A DNA stretch of 64,000 bases, taken from Calditrichia bacterium. GTDB taxonomy: Bacteria; Calditrichota; Calditrichia; RBG-13-44-9; J075. This document shows, one piece after another, positions 11,236 to 22,030 of the stretch; the stretch's first letter is position 1, and the number at the start of each line of letters is the position of its first letter. The stretch spans positions 64,001-128,000 of the forward strand of contig JBOEGD010000009.1 of assembly GCA_050633245.1 (NCBI GenBank). The letters run 5' to 3'. The notes under the pieces were generated by a model. It ran no database searches, was not told the DNA's origin, and saw nothing but the letters and a program-made list of their open reading frames with translations. The position numbers were made by a program, and so were the translations under genes.

Positions 11236-12276
11236 CTATTCTGTTTCCCACTGGCTTTTTGGGATAAAGGTATTTGCCATAACATCCAGTTGATCTAAAT
11301 AATAACGTTTTCGCAAGCCAATTGCCTGCACATACGCATCAATAAAGTATACCATTTTGCTCTGCTTATCATTCACAACAATTGTACGGAACGGTCCACC
11401 TATAAAGTGGGTGGGATTCATCCAGGTGCCTATCAAGCGCTTCGAGTTCGGGTAGCTGAACTTGACATCTTCCAATGCGGTTTCCTCTTCAACGACAATA
11501 TCGCCTTCAAAAATCTTCGCACCCAGCTTATTGCGTTCCTTCACCACCCAGTCGAAGTCGATAGTGACTGAATCTTCATAGGGAATCCACGTCACTGCTA
11601 TTGAGCGGTCAGGATTTAATCGACGCAGCCAGACATAATTATCTTCTAACGACTCATCTACAAGACGATAATCTTTTTGCACAGTAATACTAAACGGAAA
11701 GTTCTTGCGGAGATAATCAACCATCTCAAAGTTACGGTTGTTGTCGAAGACTTCCTCATTCAAGCGCTTAAAATAGGATTTCTTAAAATCCGTATAGGCC
11801 AGCTTACCCAAATCGTGAATGCGCTGTATCATAGTTGCGTTGTCAGGGGCGATAAGAAACAGCACGTACTGATCATGTGCCCAGGTGTCTTCCTGCGGGA
11901 TATGGAAATAATCCCCGTTCTTTATACCCTTAACAATTGTTGGGTCGCCGGTTACAAGATCATTTACTTCGGTAGATACCGGTAGTCTGGAATCGAGACG
12001 AGATAAAAAGAAGACGTTCTTAAAACGCTTATATTTTTCGATATCTTCGTAGGGGTGCCATTTTAAGATATATTCACTTTCAGCAACCGGCATTCTAAAC
12101 TGTTTACTGAAGACACTTCGCAGTGCATCTTTCCACTCAGGCCAGTCTTCCGCGTCAGCAAAGACATGAATCTCATCAAGCTTGCCGTATGCAAACGACT
12201 TGTTTCTACTACATCCCGCTAATATCAGTAGCGCCAGAACAGTGCTTAGTGTAACAAGTACCGCACGATTTTTCAT
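11236..12276 (-). CDS. DUF4837-family lipoprotein
   Basis: Lipobox LAGC; DTWAHDQ, GTW...GGPF and KRYYL pattern typical of this FCB family. Confidence 0.7.
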   Translation of the reverse strand: MKNRAVLVTLSTVLALLILAGCSRNKSFAYGKLDEIHVFADAEDWPEWKDALRSVFSKQFRMPVAESEYILKWHPYEDIEKYKRFKNVFFLSRLDSRLPVSTEVNDLVTGDPTIVKGIKNGDYFHIPQEDTWAHDQYVLFLIAPDNATMIQRIHDLGKLAYTDFKKSYFKRLNEEVFDNNRNFEMVDYLRKNFPFSITVQKDYRLVDESLEDNYVWLRRLNPDRSIAVTWIPYEDSVTIDFDWVVKERNKLGAKIFEGDIVVEEETALEDVKFSYPNSKRLIGTWMNPTHFIGGPFRTIVVNDKQSKMVYFIDAYVQAIGLRKRYYLDQLDVMANTFIPKSQWETE

Positions 12277-12420
12277 TCAGTTACCCATTTTGCTTAGTCA
12301 ATTAAGGGAGGATTAAAAGACGCCTCCCATATCGCCCAAATATGCCTACTTTTGGGTATACGAGCAATAGTAAATATTTCTTCCGAGATAATTTTATTGG
12401 TATTTGCGAATGGAGCCGGA

Positions 12421-13392
12421 TTAGTTTACACCTGCCTGCTGCTTTTTTTCATTCTTGCGTTGAAAAAGCAGACAAATTCCACCCGCTACACCGGCACTAA
12501 GAGGAATAATAGTATTGAGAAAGGAGAGCGAAAGCGCTTCAGCCGAGGTAACGCCAACGCGGGTAAGCAGCGTTTCATATCCCAGATCCCGCACCCCCAG
12601 ACCGTTGATTGAGGGTAACAGCCCAATTGCAAAAGTAACTGGCACCACCAGCATTAGGTAAGAGAAGTCGACATCCAGCCCCAAAGAAAGAGCAAGAACA
12701 TAATTCATCCAAACCAACAGGAGTTGGCAAGCCAGAGAAAGTAAAAAGCCTGCAATTACGGTCTTAACAGAATTTCGATATGCATGAATAGATTCAAGCA
12801 GCTGCACAATTTTCCCACCGATCCCCATAATGCTAATGCGAGAGAACAGCTTACAGGCATGACTGTAAAAATAAGGGTGCAGAAGAGCAAGAAAGAACAT
12901 CAGTGCACCAATCAACATCATCAGCACAACCGTAGCTATCGCAAATCGCATAGAGCTGCTAAATCGGTTGAGCACCAAAAGCAGCGCAACTGCGGCCAGA
13001 CTTAGCGTCGCCAGCAGACCAAGAATACGCTCCATTAGTACAGAGGCAATACTATCAGATTTTTGGTCTGTGTGCAGTGCCAGATTATAGGCGCGACTAA
13101 CGTCTCCACCAATGGTTGTCGGAAGGAAATTGTTAAAGAAGTAGCCAATCAGATAGTAGCGCATCAGGCTACCATAGGGCACTGAGATACCGACACCTTT
13201 TAACAGCAGCTGCCAGCGCACAGTAAAGAGGAATACCGAAACGACAAAAATTGCCAGCGCAAGCGTCAGCCAGACTTCATCTGCCTGACGCAATGCGAGA
13301 ACAATCTTATCAACGTCTGCCAAATATACCAGGTATACCAGCAGACCGATGCTGACGCCGAAGCGCAGCAGGTTAAACGCAAGCTTTTTCAT
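12421..13392 (-). CDS. Lysylphosphatidylglycerol synthase TM / flippase-like protein (AglD2/GT-associated)
   Basis: RWQLLL, FFNNFLPTTIGGD, ERILG and LPSINGLGVRD motifs. Confidence 0.85.
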   Translation of the reverse strand: MKKLAFNLLRFGVSIGLLVYLVYLADVDKIVLALRQADEVWLTLALAIFVVSVFLFTVRWQLLLKGVGISVPYGSLMRYYLIGYFFNNFLPTTIGGDVSRAYNLALHTDQKSDSIASVLMERILGLLATLSLAAVALLLVLNRFSSSMRFAIATVVLMMLIGALMFFLALLHPYFYSHACKLFSRISIMGIGGKIVQLLESIHAYRNSVKTVIAGFLLSLACQLLLVWMNYVLALSLGLDVDFSYLMLVVPVTFAIGLLPSINGLGVRDLGYETLLTRVGVTSAEALSLSFLNTIIPLSAGVAGGICLLFQRKNEKKQQAGVN

Positions 13393-13404
13393 CCCTGACG
13401 AATC

Positions 13405-16194
13405 CTAACTTGCCTCCTGAAGCAACTTATTCAGGCGCTCCCGCTCTTGCGGAATGGTATTATTGTTAGGGCTTGTTTTCTCCCACTCATCCAGAAAGCG
13501 GAGGGCCTCAGAATACTTGCCGCCTTCGCGCAGGCTACGAACAAGTTGCTGCTTGCTCATATCCAGTCGGTTATTCAACAGACTCAGTCGCTCTGCAGGA
13601 GACGAATTGGTGAAATATTCCGGACGGCGAAACAAGCTACGCATATAGTCCTGAACAGCAGGAGATTCTTTGTCGATCTCAGCTGCATCTATAAAGATCT
13701 TAAATGCTTTTGCTGCAAAGTCAAAATTCTTATAGGTGTAGGCAATTTGGGCATACGACTCCAGATCGAACATGGATACGTTGTCGGCATTAAACTCCGA
13801 CATCGGATAGACATTAGCCATATAGCCAAGACCAACCATCACCTGACGGAACTGATCGCTGGTGTAAGGAATAACTTCCGGCGGCATTACTTCAAAACAC
13901 TTCTTCATTACTTCTTCGAAGCGCTCCATATTCCCACGCTCCATGTACTGCGCGCCGAGACGAAAGAATGCGGATCGATAGTTTTGCAGAAGTCCGATAA
14001 TGTTGTCATTATAGAATACATCCGGGTTGTCCAGATTGCGATATTGAAACTTATTCATCAAGTTTTCATAGATGATTTCCGGATCAACTTCCCAGTTTTT
14101 GATTGCGGTTACTTTAAACAACAGTCCTTCCATACGAAGATAATCGCGCAGGCCGTCGAGCTGATTTTGCGTAGATGTTGTCACTGCAAAATACAGAGGC
14201 TTTTTGAATTTATTCGCTGTCAGAATATTCAGTATCATCAGATCCTGCACACGCAGTAGTCCGACACGCTGACCATTTGCCTGCGGCACGTAGTGCTTCG
14301 GCTTTACTTCAAAGCTCATGGTGCGCGGCATTTCCAATGAATCAAGTCCCATCAGAATCTTATAGCGATCAGCTTCGGCACGCATTGAGGCATCAAGCGG
14401 CAGCGGCACATTAAAGCGCTGTGCTTCCGGCCAGAACTTCACCTGAATGTCTTGAATCTGCTTATCGGATAACGTCATTGGCACTTTAGGTTCCATGTCT
14501 TTCAACTGCTGGATATACCAGGGGGTATTTAGCAGACTTAAGTTCGCAACGCGAACGTCTGTGCGAATGTCTTCTACTTCCTGAAGATACCAGAGCGGAA
14601 ACGTATCATTATCGCCATTCGTGAGGATAATGCCGCCCTCATCTGCTGCTTGCAGCATGTTATAGGAGTAATCGTAAGCGACAAAGTTGCCACTGCGGTC
14701 GTGGGTGCGATAGTTTTTACTGCATACCATAGCCGGTACCAGAAGCAATAGCGCCGCGGTTACCCAGCCTACGGCGCTGTTGCCGCCATCATCATCATCC
14801 CCGCTAACCAGGTCTGAGGCAATCTCGAGTATTGCAGCGGCACCAATGCCAATCCATATTGAAAAGGCAAAGAACGACCCGACATAACTATAGTCACGTT
14901 CTCGTGGTTGTGGATCCGGTTGATTCAGGTATAGCACAATCGCCAAACCAGTCATAAAGAACAGCACAAAGACACCAAGAGCACGCTTCCAGTCTTTCAT
15001 ACCGTGATAGAACATACCAACAAGTCCCAGCAATAGTGGAAGGAAGTAGAACTTCATGGGCTCTGTCCGCATTCGGCCTATCAAGCCGGTGCCGTCTCCT
15101 TCGAAGGTTCCCAAAAAATTGCACTTGAAGTAGCGGATGTACATATCATTAATCTGATAGTTCCAGAAAAAGTCCGAGGAATTAGCGTATTTATTCCCGT
15201 TGGGAGACTCCTGAAGTCTTCGCGCGCGATCGAAGTGGTGATCGCCATACTGCTCGCGATTCATATAGCTGATGAATTTTTCGATCGTCTCAGGATTGTT
15301 CTCATCGATATTGGGATTCAATCCGGAGCGCACGTAAATCATTAGGTAGGAGGAATAGCCCATTGTAATAAGAATTGATCCCAACAAGACCAATGAAAGA
15401 ATCGACTTCTTACTTTTGATGGTTTGATTAAGTGCAAAAATCGTTATCAGGATTAAGGCCATCATCCCGCCAAAGCCAAACACGCCGATAATCTGCGGGA
15501 TGCCTTTAACAATACCTGGGTAGAAAAACAGCGTTAACCCCACGCCAATGACGGACATAATAATGAAGTTTGTCAAATTGACGTCATATTTTTTATAGTA
15601 AATAAACATAACGACAGTAGGCAATACCAGAGCATTTAGAATATGTACGCCCATAGCCAGTCCCATTAAATAGGTAGCTAAAATAAGATAGCGTTCATTT
15701 CCGGGTTCATTATGACGTTCGGTCCAATACAGAGCAAGCCATACGATACAGCTGGAAAAGAACATGGACTGTGCATAAACTTCTGCTTCTACGGCGTTAA
15801 ACCAGAAGCTTTCGGTAAAAGCAAAGGTAAGCGCTCCAACCATTGCAGCGATAGCCGGGATATAAGACCGAAAGTTTTTCAGGCGATCCATATATTCCCG
15901 TACCAAGCTGGCTATAATCAAGTGTAGGAACATAATTGTAAGGGCACTTGAGATTACGGAGAACATGTTGATCCGCCATGCAATGTTTCCAATTGGAATC
16001 ATTGAAAAAAAGCGGCCCATCAGCAAATAAAACGGCGCACCCGGTGGGTGTGGTATAGACATGCGATAGGAACAAGCGATAAATTCTCCACAATCCCAGA
16101 ACGAGACGGCTGGCGCGACCGTCATGAAATACACGACGAACGAGATCAAGAAGGAAAGCGCCGCGGCAAGGCGGTTAAACATCCTGGTATCCAT
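13405..16194 (-). CDS. DUF2723 (TMEM260-like) membrane glycosyltransferase with C-terminal TPR-like region
   Basis: SFWDCGEFIA, PHPPGAP, FWFNAVEAEVY, PRERDYSYVGS and NGDNDTFPLWYLQEVE motifs. Confidence 0.9.
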   Translation of the reverse strand: MDTRMFNRLAAALSFLISFVVYFMTVAPAVSFWDCGEFIACSYRMSIPHPPGAPFYLLMGRFFSMIPIGNIAWRINMFSVISSALTIMFLHLIIASLVREYMDRLKNFRSYIPAIAAMVGALTFAFTESFWFNAVEAEVYAQSMFFSSCIVWLALYWTERHNEPGNERYLILATYLMGLAMGVHILNALVLPTVVMFIYYKKYDVNLTNFIIMSVIGVGLTLFFYPGIVKGIPQIIGVFGFGGMMALILITIFALNQTIKSKKSILSLVLLGSILITMGYSSYLMIYVRSGLNPNIDENNPETIEKFISYMNREQYGDHHFDRARRLQESPNGNKYANSSDFFWNYQINDMYIRYFKCNFLGTFEGDGTGLIGRMRTEPMKFYFLPLLLGLVGMFYHGMKDWKRALGVFVLFFMTGLAIVLYLNQPDPQPRERDYSYVGSFFAFSIWIGIGAAAILEIASDLVSGDDDDGGNSAVGWVTAALLLLVPAMVCSKNYRTHDRSGNFVAYDYSYNMLQAADEGGIILTNGDNDTFPLWYLQEVEDIRTDVRVANLSLLNTPWYIQQLKDMEPKVPMTLSDKQIQDIQVKFWPEAQRFNVPLPLDASMRAEADRYKILMGLDSLEMPRTMSFEVKPKHYVPQANGQRVGLLRVQDLMILNILTANKFKKPLYFAVTTSTQNQLDGLRDYLRMEGLLFKVTAIKNWEVDPEIIYENLMNKFQYRNLDNPDVFYNDNIIGLLQNYRSAFFRLGAQYMERGNMERFEEVMKKCFEVMPPEVIPYTSDQFRQVMVGLGYMANVYPMSEFNADNVSMFDLESYAQIAYTYKNFDFAAKAFKIFIDAAEIDKESPAVQDYMRSLFRRPEYFTNSSPAERLSLLNNRLDMSKQQLVRSLREGGKYSEALRFLDEWEKTSPNNNTIPQERERLNKLLQEAS

Positions 16195-16307
16195 TTATTC
16201 AAGCACTCCTCATTAAAATGACATTTATAATCTATATATTCTGTATCTGTATCAACATTTATTGCATCGGCAATCGTGACTAAATCACCGTTTTCCTGAC
16301 TCCTGCC

Positions 16308-17366
16308 CTATAACAGCTTCCGGTGAAACATCAGATCACTGAACTTCTGCTTCTTCAACAGAAAATATTCAAATACAATACTTCCCGGATACATGCGTTC
16401 GAGAACAATCTTGTCTTTCACTCGCCTTCGCGATTGCGCCTTGCGACGTTTACGCGCAATCAGCAACGGGTGCGTTAGTAACCATCCATATGCGCGCAAA
16501 ACTGCCCCGGCGTTCGCAAAATGTCCTTTAAGCAGTTCAACCGTTAGCGCAAGAAGGTCGAGCGGAATACGAAAGATCATCCTCAGCAGCAAATTGGGTA
16601 GCGACAAATTTTTTGCCAGCAAGAAAATATTATTGCGGAAATTCCAGTAGGTTTTTCGTGGACTATCCTGATCGAGAGTTCCACCCACATGGTGCCAGAT
16701 TCGTGATTGTGGCACACAGCGAATATTCCAACCTGCCAGCCTCATGCGCCAGCAAAGATCAATTTCTTCCTGGTGCAGCATAAAATCTTCATCGATCGTG
16801 CCGACCTGCTCCAGCGTATCGCGGCGAATAAAAAAGCAGGCCCCGCTTGCCCAAAAAATATCCAGCGGATCATCGTATTGGCCGTCGTCTTTTTCAATTG
16901 TAAAGAAAACGCGGCCACGTAAGAAGGGATAGCCCAACCAGTCGATAAAACCACCGCAGGCTCCGGCATATTCCAGATGATCGCGCTTTTGTTGTCCCAA
17001 AATCTTTGGCTGAACGGCACCCAGATTAAAATCCGCCTCAAAAGCAGCAACAATCGGCTCGATAAAACCAGGCTCAACATCAACATCATTATTCAATAAA
17101 CAGATGTATTTGCCGTCCGCAATTTTCAACCCTTCATTGTTGCCTCGGGCATACATATAATTATCCGGGTTTTCCAGCAGCTTCACTTCGGGATAATTTT
17201 CCCGCACAAATGCAACACTTTCGTCGGCTGAGCAATTATCCACCATGATAATTTCAAGATTGGGATAGGTGCATTGCCTGAGCGAATCGAACAGCTCCTT
17301 CAGAAAACGCAATCCATTATAATTCAGCGTTACCAGAGACACCTTGGGATACTGCTGTTCGTCCAT
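16308..17366 (-). CDS. Glycosyltransferase family 2
   Basis: LNYNG, VDNCSAD, LLNND, WASGAC, EEIDLCWR and HHVGGT motifs. Confidence 0.92.
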   Translation of the reverse strand: MDEQQYPKVSLVTLNYNGLRFLKELFDSLRQCTYPNLEIIMVDNCSADESVAFVRENYPEVKLLENPDNYMYARGNNEGLKIADGKYICLLNNDVDVEPGFIEPIVAAFEADFNLGAVQPKILGQQKRDHLEYAGACGGFIDWLGYPFLRGRVFFTIEKDDGQYDDPLDIFWASGACFFIRRDTLEQVGTIDEDFMLHQEEIDLCWRMRLAGWNIRCVPQSRIWHHVGGTLDQDSPRKTYWNFRNNIFLLAKNLSLPNLLLRMIFRIPLDLLALTVELLKGHFANAGAVLRAYGWLLTHPLLIARKRRKAQSRRRVKDKIVLERMYPGSIVFEYFLLKKQKFSDLMFHRKLL

Positions 17367-17449
17367 AATCGTTCCATTTATGCATCAGCAAAAGACAGCA
17401 ACCAGTTTAAGCAAAACGCCCTGATTTCGCAAGAGATAAAATCGGCTGG

Positions 17450-18817
17450 TTGCCTATTCACTGCCTCATGATACACCTGACCAGTGTATTGGTTTTAGGG
17501 AAAACCTGTTTGGATCTTTACACGAGGTTGCGGAAAAAAGAATCGTTTGACAAACTCCATCATCAAAGTCGATATTGGCGCAATACTTCTGGCGGATCTC
17601 TTTTGAAACAGTTTATCACTCATTATACTGCTGCCTATCGCGGACTCCCACGAGAAGCATGGATGCTGTCGATTATTTTGCTGATTAATCGCAGTGGCTC
17701 CATCGTGCTTTTTTTTATGTCACTTTATCTCACGCAGGAATTAGGCTACAGTATTGCTCAGGCTGGTTATGTGTTAAGCAGTTACGGTCTGGGAATGATG
17801 TCCGGAGCCTTTCTGGGCGGTGCGCTTACAGACCGCATTGGCGCGCGAAAGGTTCAATTCTTCGCACTGTTAACAGGTGGCCTTTGCTTTCTGATTCTGG
17901 GTTATCTTACCGATATAAACTCCATTTTAGTCATGATGTTTTTTGCAGCCCTCACCAGCGAGTCACTAAGACCGGCAAATGCAGCGGCGATTATCCACGT
18001 TTGTTCACCGGAACAACGTGCGCGTGGATTCGGATTATCACGCCTTGCTATTAATCTTGGAGTGAGCATCGGTCCAGCCGTCGGCGGCTTTCTGGCGACT
18101 ATCGATTATATGTTTCTTTTCTGGCTGGATGGCTTTACCTGCATCGGCGCCTCAATTTTTGTCTGGCTTTTCCTGCCAGATATACGCCATGACGATACGC
18201 AATCACAACCGGAGGACCTGCCCGAAACCGAAACAGTCCCTACCCCGCCCTGGCGCGATCCGATTGTGTTGCTCGTGATGTTTCTGGCCTTTTTGTGCAG
18301 CGGCGTCTTTCGCCAGCTCTATAACACCTGGCCAATTTACGTTCGCGTCATTGAGCAGCTTACCGAAGATCAAATTGGCCTGCTGATGGCGTTTAATGCC
18401 GTTTTGGTCATTGCCATAGAAATGCCGCTTCTTCATTATCTGGAGCGCAAGTCTCAGCTGGTGGTTTTATCAATCGGTGCGCTGTTTATCGGCGGCGGTT
18501 TCGGGATTATGCCGCTTGCATCGGGAATTCCACATCTTGTATTCACCGTATTTATTTGGACAATCGGTGAAATTCTGTTCTTTCCCCTTCTCGGCGTCTT
18601 TATCGCAAGCCGCGCGCATAGCAGCAATCGCGGCCAGTATATGGGCTTTTATACGTTCACCTTGGCCCTTGCAATGGTGGTAATGACCCCGGCCGGAAGC
18701 TGGGTGTATGATGTGTTTGGTCCAGCTATTCTTTGGTATACTGCAGGACTTATCGGGATATTCTCAATGACGGGATTTTTAGGCATCAATGCGTATATGA
18801 AGAACGGTGAACTCTGA
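17450..18817 (+). CDS. MFS transporter (likely start TTG ~17603)
   Basis: 12-TM pattern; motif A GGALTDRIGARK; NLGVSIGPAVGG and RGQYMG. Confidence 0.9.
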   Translation: MPIHCLMIHLTSVLVLGKTCLDLYTRLRKKESFDKLHHQSRYWRNTSGGSLLKQFITHYTAAYRGLPREAWMLSIILLINRSGSIVLFFMSLYLTQELGYSIAQAGYVLSSYGLGMMSGAFLGGALTDRIGARKVQFFALLTGGLCFLILGYLTDINSILVMMFFAALTSESLRPANAAAIIHVCSPEQRARGFGLSRLAINLGVSIGPAVGGFLATIDYMFLFWLDGFTCIGASIFVWLFLPDIRHDDTQSQPEDLPETETVPTPPWRDPIVLLVMFLAFLCSGVFRQLYNTWPIYVRVIEQLTEDQIGLLMAFNAVLVIAIEMPLLHYLERKSQLVVLSIGALFIGGGFGIMPLASGIPHLVFTVFIWTIGEILFFPLLGVFIASRAHSSNRGQYMGFYTFTLALAMVVMTPAGSWVYDVFGPAILWYTAGLIGIFSMTGFLGINAYMKNGEL

Positions 18818-18831
18818 ACAACCGAAACCGC

Positions 18832-18853
18832 GGCGACTAAATAAATAGTCGCC
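18832..18853. terminator. Hairpin between convergent genes (probable terminator)
   Basis: GGCGACTA-aataaa-TAGTCGCC perfect 8-bp stem. Confidence 0.55.
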
Positions 18854-18902
18854 ACTAAGTTGATTTTATCAAAAATAATTAATAACTGAATTCATTTGCA
18901 GA

Positions 18903-19490
18903 TCAGAACTCTTCAAAATAGATGGGGTAGGTTCCAAGAAGGGGACCTCCTGCATACTCATAGGCATTTAATGTAACCCGGAACTGCGGAAATTGATCGT
19001 AATAAACGAAATTCACCTTATCACCAGTTTTACTGGTTGTCGTGTAAATATACTTTGTAAATTCCCATTCCAGGTGCACAGCTGACGGCCAACCTGGTTC
19101 CTGTGTGTAATCGGCTTCAAAGCGGTGACGAATATGTAAAGGCATTGGCAGAGGTTTCGTTCCCCAGATTATAACGAACCCCGGAGGCCCAAACTGATGA
19201 TCACCGGCAACCAGCGTCAATTCAAGCTGACCCGGTCCATTATAAGGCTCTGCTTTATATTCGATTTCAAACGGTCCACGGTTAGTTGTTAAGACATAGA
19301 TAGGCTGACCACCTTTAGTATTCGCATCTACTCCCTCATCCCAGTTAGTAGTATTGCCACTACCTGAATGTGGATCCATAATATTTGCAGCAGATTCGTG
19401 ATCCGTTTGCTGAGAACATCCCCAAATCAGTCCCCCCAAGAGCAATAAAAAAAAAACCAGCCTATACTGTAAAATTATTTGTCGCTTCAT
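18903..19490 (-). CDS. Hypothetical lipoprotein
   Basis: Basic N-terminus, hydrophobic core and IWGC lipobox; GGAG RBS. Confidence 0.7.
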   Translation of the reverse strand: MKRQIILQYRLVFFLLLLGGLIWGCSQQTDHESAANIMDPHSGSGNTTNWDEGVDANTKGGQPIYVLTTNRGPFEIEYKAEPYNGPGQLELTLVAGDHQFGPPGFVIIWGTKPLPMPLHIRHRFEADYTQEPGWPSAVHLEWEFTKYIYTTTSKTGDKVNFVYYDQFPQFRVTLNAYEYAGGPLLGTYPIYFEEF

Positions 19491-19729
19491 AACACTCCTC
19501 CGAACGTTCCGTTAAGAGCCTTGAACCGCAGCAAGAGAAGCAATCTCCCAAAAATCCATTTCGACTGCAGTAAGGCATTTTTTGTTTTATAGATTTTGCA
19601 GAATTTCTCCCGGATAAATTCTGCTCGTCACTTTTTTGTTCGATTGGTTATAGACATCTCCTGTAAATAGCAACTTCTGTGTTAGGCCGAGTTGAGCATT
19701 TGCAGAGAGTCATCTACCACTGAGAACTA

Positions 19730-19870
19730 AGACAAAAACAAAGCCAAGAAAAGGAAAAGGCATGCATCTTATTGTTTTACAAGCACTTAAAGTCCAAGAG
19801 AACAATTTTTTAAATGTCATTATGTTGACACTTCCATGATCCCGCTTTAGTAGGCGTCAAAATAACGACA
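19730..19870 (-). promoter_or_regulatory. Putative sigma54 promoter with IHF-like site and two palindromic UAS boxes
   Basis: Minus strand TTGGC-tttgttt-TTGTC (19730-19747); TACAAgcacTTA near 19777; TGTCA-N6-TGACA (19815-19830) and CGTCA-N6-CGACA (19855-19870). Confidence 0.45.
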
Positions 19871-19887
19871 AAAAGCCCCTTTAAAGA

Positions 19888-20832
19888 TCACTCAGAATGC
19901 TTAATCCGCCGCAGCCGATGCTGCAACGCCTGGCGCGAAAGACCCAGTTCCTGTGCGGTATGCGTAATATTGTCATTCCGGTTTTTAAGAGTGCTTAATA
20001 TTTTCTGCCTTTCCATGCGACGTAAAAAATCCTGTAGCGACTCGCTTCCCCTCTCCCGATCGTTTTCGATATTATGTACAGGCCCGATTAAATCCTCAAT
20101 CTGTTCACGAATCGATCGTTCAGGCAAATTTAAAATGAAGCGCTGAACAATTGTCATCAAGTCCCTCACATTCCCAGGCAAAGATAATTCGCAAAGCTCA
20201 CAGAGCTCCTCAGGCTTTTCCCAAAACACAGAGTTCTTCTCCCCAACCAACTTTTGCCGAAGTAAGTAAGCCGCAATATGTGGAATATCTTCCCTGCGTT
20301 CATCCAATGGCGGCAAGTGCAGGTGAAAGGTGTTCAGACGATAAAACAAATCGTTTCGAAAGGCACCGGAATTGATTTCAGCCGGCAAATCGCGATTCGT
20401 CAACGCAATAATTCGTACATCCACACGTGTTATCTGCTCGGCTCCAATGGCGAAAAGCTCGTTATTTTCGATGGCGCGAAGTAGCTTGGCCTGAAAACGC
20501 GGTTGAATTTCGGCGATTTCATCGAGCACCAGTGTTCCGCTATCTGCCAGCTGAAAATGGCCTTTGTGCGCGCGCATTGCTCCGGTAAAGGCCCCTTTTC
20601 CATAGCCAAAGAATTCCGCCTCAAATAAATCAGCGGAAATCGCCGCACAGTTCACTATACGCAGCGGCCTCGATTTGCGCGGACTATTTATGTGAATGAA
20701 GCGGGCGAATAAATCTTTGCCGGTTCCGGTTTCACCGGTAATTAAGACCGGGGCATTCAGCCTGGCTATGCGAATGGCGTCTGCCTGCAGCTTTTTTACG
20801 ACTGCACTGACACCAACGATATCTGTTTCCAT
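19888..20832 (-). CDS. Sigma54-dependent enhancer-binding protein lacking an N-terminal input domain (PspF-like architecture)
   Basis: Walker A GETGTGKD begins ~33 aa from the start; GAFTGA, LDEI, RNDLFYRL, PGNVRDL and a C-terminal Fis HTH. Confidence 0.92.
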   Translation of the reverse strand: METDIVGVSAVVKKLQADAIRIARLNAPVLITGETGTGKDLFARFIHINSPRKSRPLRIVNCAAISADLFEAEFFGYGKGAFTGAMRAHKGHFQLADSGTLVLDEIAEIQPRFQAKLLRAIENNELFAIGAEQITRVDVRIIALTNRDLPAEINSGAFRNDLFYRLNTFHLHLPPLDERREDIPHIAAYLLRQKLVGEKNSVFWEKPEELCELCELSLPGNVRDLMTIVQRFILNLPERSIREQIEDLIGPVHNIENDRERGSESLQDFLRRMERQKILSTLKNRNDNITHTAQELGLSRQALQHRLRRIKHSE

Positions 20833-21302
20833 ATATTATTTCGTCTGTATTCATTTCTTTGGGGGAATGACAACGGTGAACGGTGAATGAGTAACCGCTA
20901 CATTACCTTACTGCCTTACTGCCGATCACTTATGACTAAAGCCATAAGCTTCCTAAGCTTTTCACCTTTCACTTCTCGCGTCTTGCCTCTCGTTTCTTGC
21001 GTCTTGCCTCTCACATTTCCACAATATTTCCGACTCATCATCACATTACCGACAAGAATTCAGCGGTCGAACTTTTCATACCTAAGGAGCCTGTTTTCAA
21101 TCATTTACACGTAAGCCGAGTGATTCTAAACTACGCTAATTTTGCGTTTAGCAGTGGCCAATACTTGACGAACGCCGTTTTTGTTCTTATATTAATTCAC
21201 CCATCACATCTATTCATTCGCAAACAGCCTTCTTTTTTTGAATTTATTTTCGCCACTCGGACATGCTACCCCCACATGCCCAGGCATTAACCGGGATAAG
21301 AT

Positions 21303-21851
21303 ATGAGAGACCTTATGGCGACCGAATCTGATTTGCTGTACCAAATTCAATGCGGTGATCACACTGCTGAACGCGAAATTTTTCGACGGTATGAAGTTTT
21401 ATCACGCGTCGAAACGATGGTTCATTCACGCATCCGCGCCCCCCTTTCTGATCGCAATGATCTGATTGGCGAAATTCTATTGTCCATTTTGTTAAGCCTG
21501 CGCAAAGGCAAATTTGACCCTGCACGAGGCGAGATCGGCTCCTATATTTGGGGAATTGCGCGCAACAAAATCCGAGATTATCTAAAACCCACTCCAAATC
21601 GTTACATGCTCAGTTTAATTGAAGAAATTTTGGTTGAAGATGAACGAGACAAGGAGATCCAGGAGCGCAGGGGTCGCCTAAAACTGGCGCTCGCGAAGCT
21701 GGACAATAAGTACCGGCAGGTTATTTTCATGCGATATTATGAGGAGTTCACAATCGAAGATATGGCTCGCAAGCTACAGCTAGAGCCGAGTCAGGTCTAT
21801 AATCGCATCCACTACTCGATTAGTCTGATTCGCGAAATAGTGAAAAAATAA
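21303..21851 (+). CDS. ECF RNA polymerase sigma factor
   Basis: Region 2 (SYIWGIARNKIRDY) and region 4 (LDNKYRQVIFMRYYEEFTIEDMA); 182 aa. Confidence 0.88.
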   Translation: MRDLMATESDLLYQIQCGDHTAEREIFRRYEVLSRVETMVHSRIRAPLSDRNDLIGEILLSILLSLRKGKFDPARGEIGSYIWGIARNKIRDYLKPTPNRYMLSLIEEILVEDERDKEIQERRGRLKLALAKLDNKYRQVIFMRYYEEFTIEDMARKLQLEPSQVYNRIHYSISLIREIVKK

Positions 21852-22030
21852 AAAAAAATTAAAAAAAACACCAAGTTTTGAGAAGTATATAGTAGAGGCT
21901 GCCGGGAAATGTAGACAAATTTGAGATTTGTTTACTATCCCCGGAACACATGGGGGTTAGTTATCGTCTGGAATATTGTAGTTACAGTATTCTATGCGTC
22001 AATTGTGTATGCTTAACAAAGTAGGCAACT

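Noticed and set aside
668-18855. Numerous antisense or nested ORFs (e.g. 6211-6768, 13447-14259)
   Set aside because: They overlap well-supported genes and lack RBSs or recognisable motifs.
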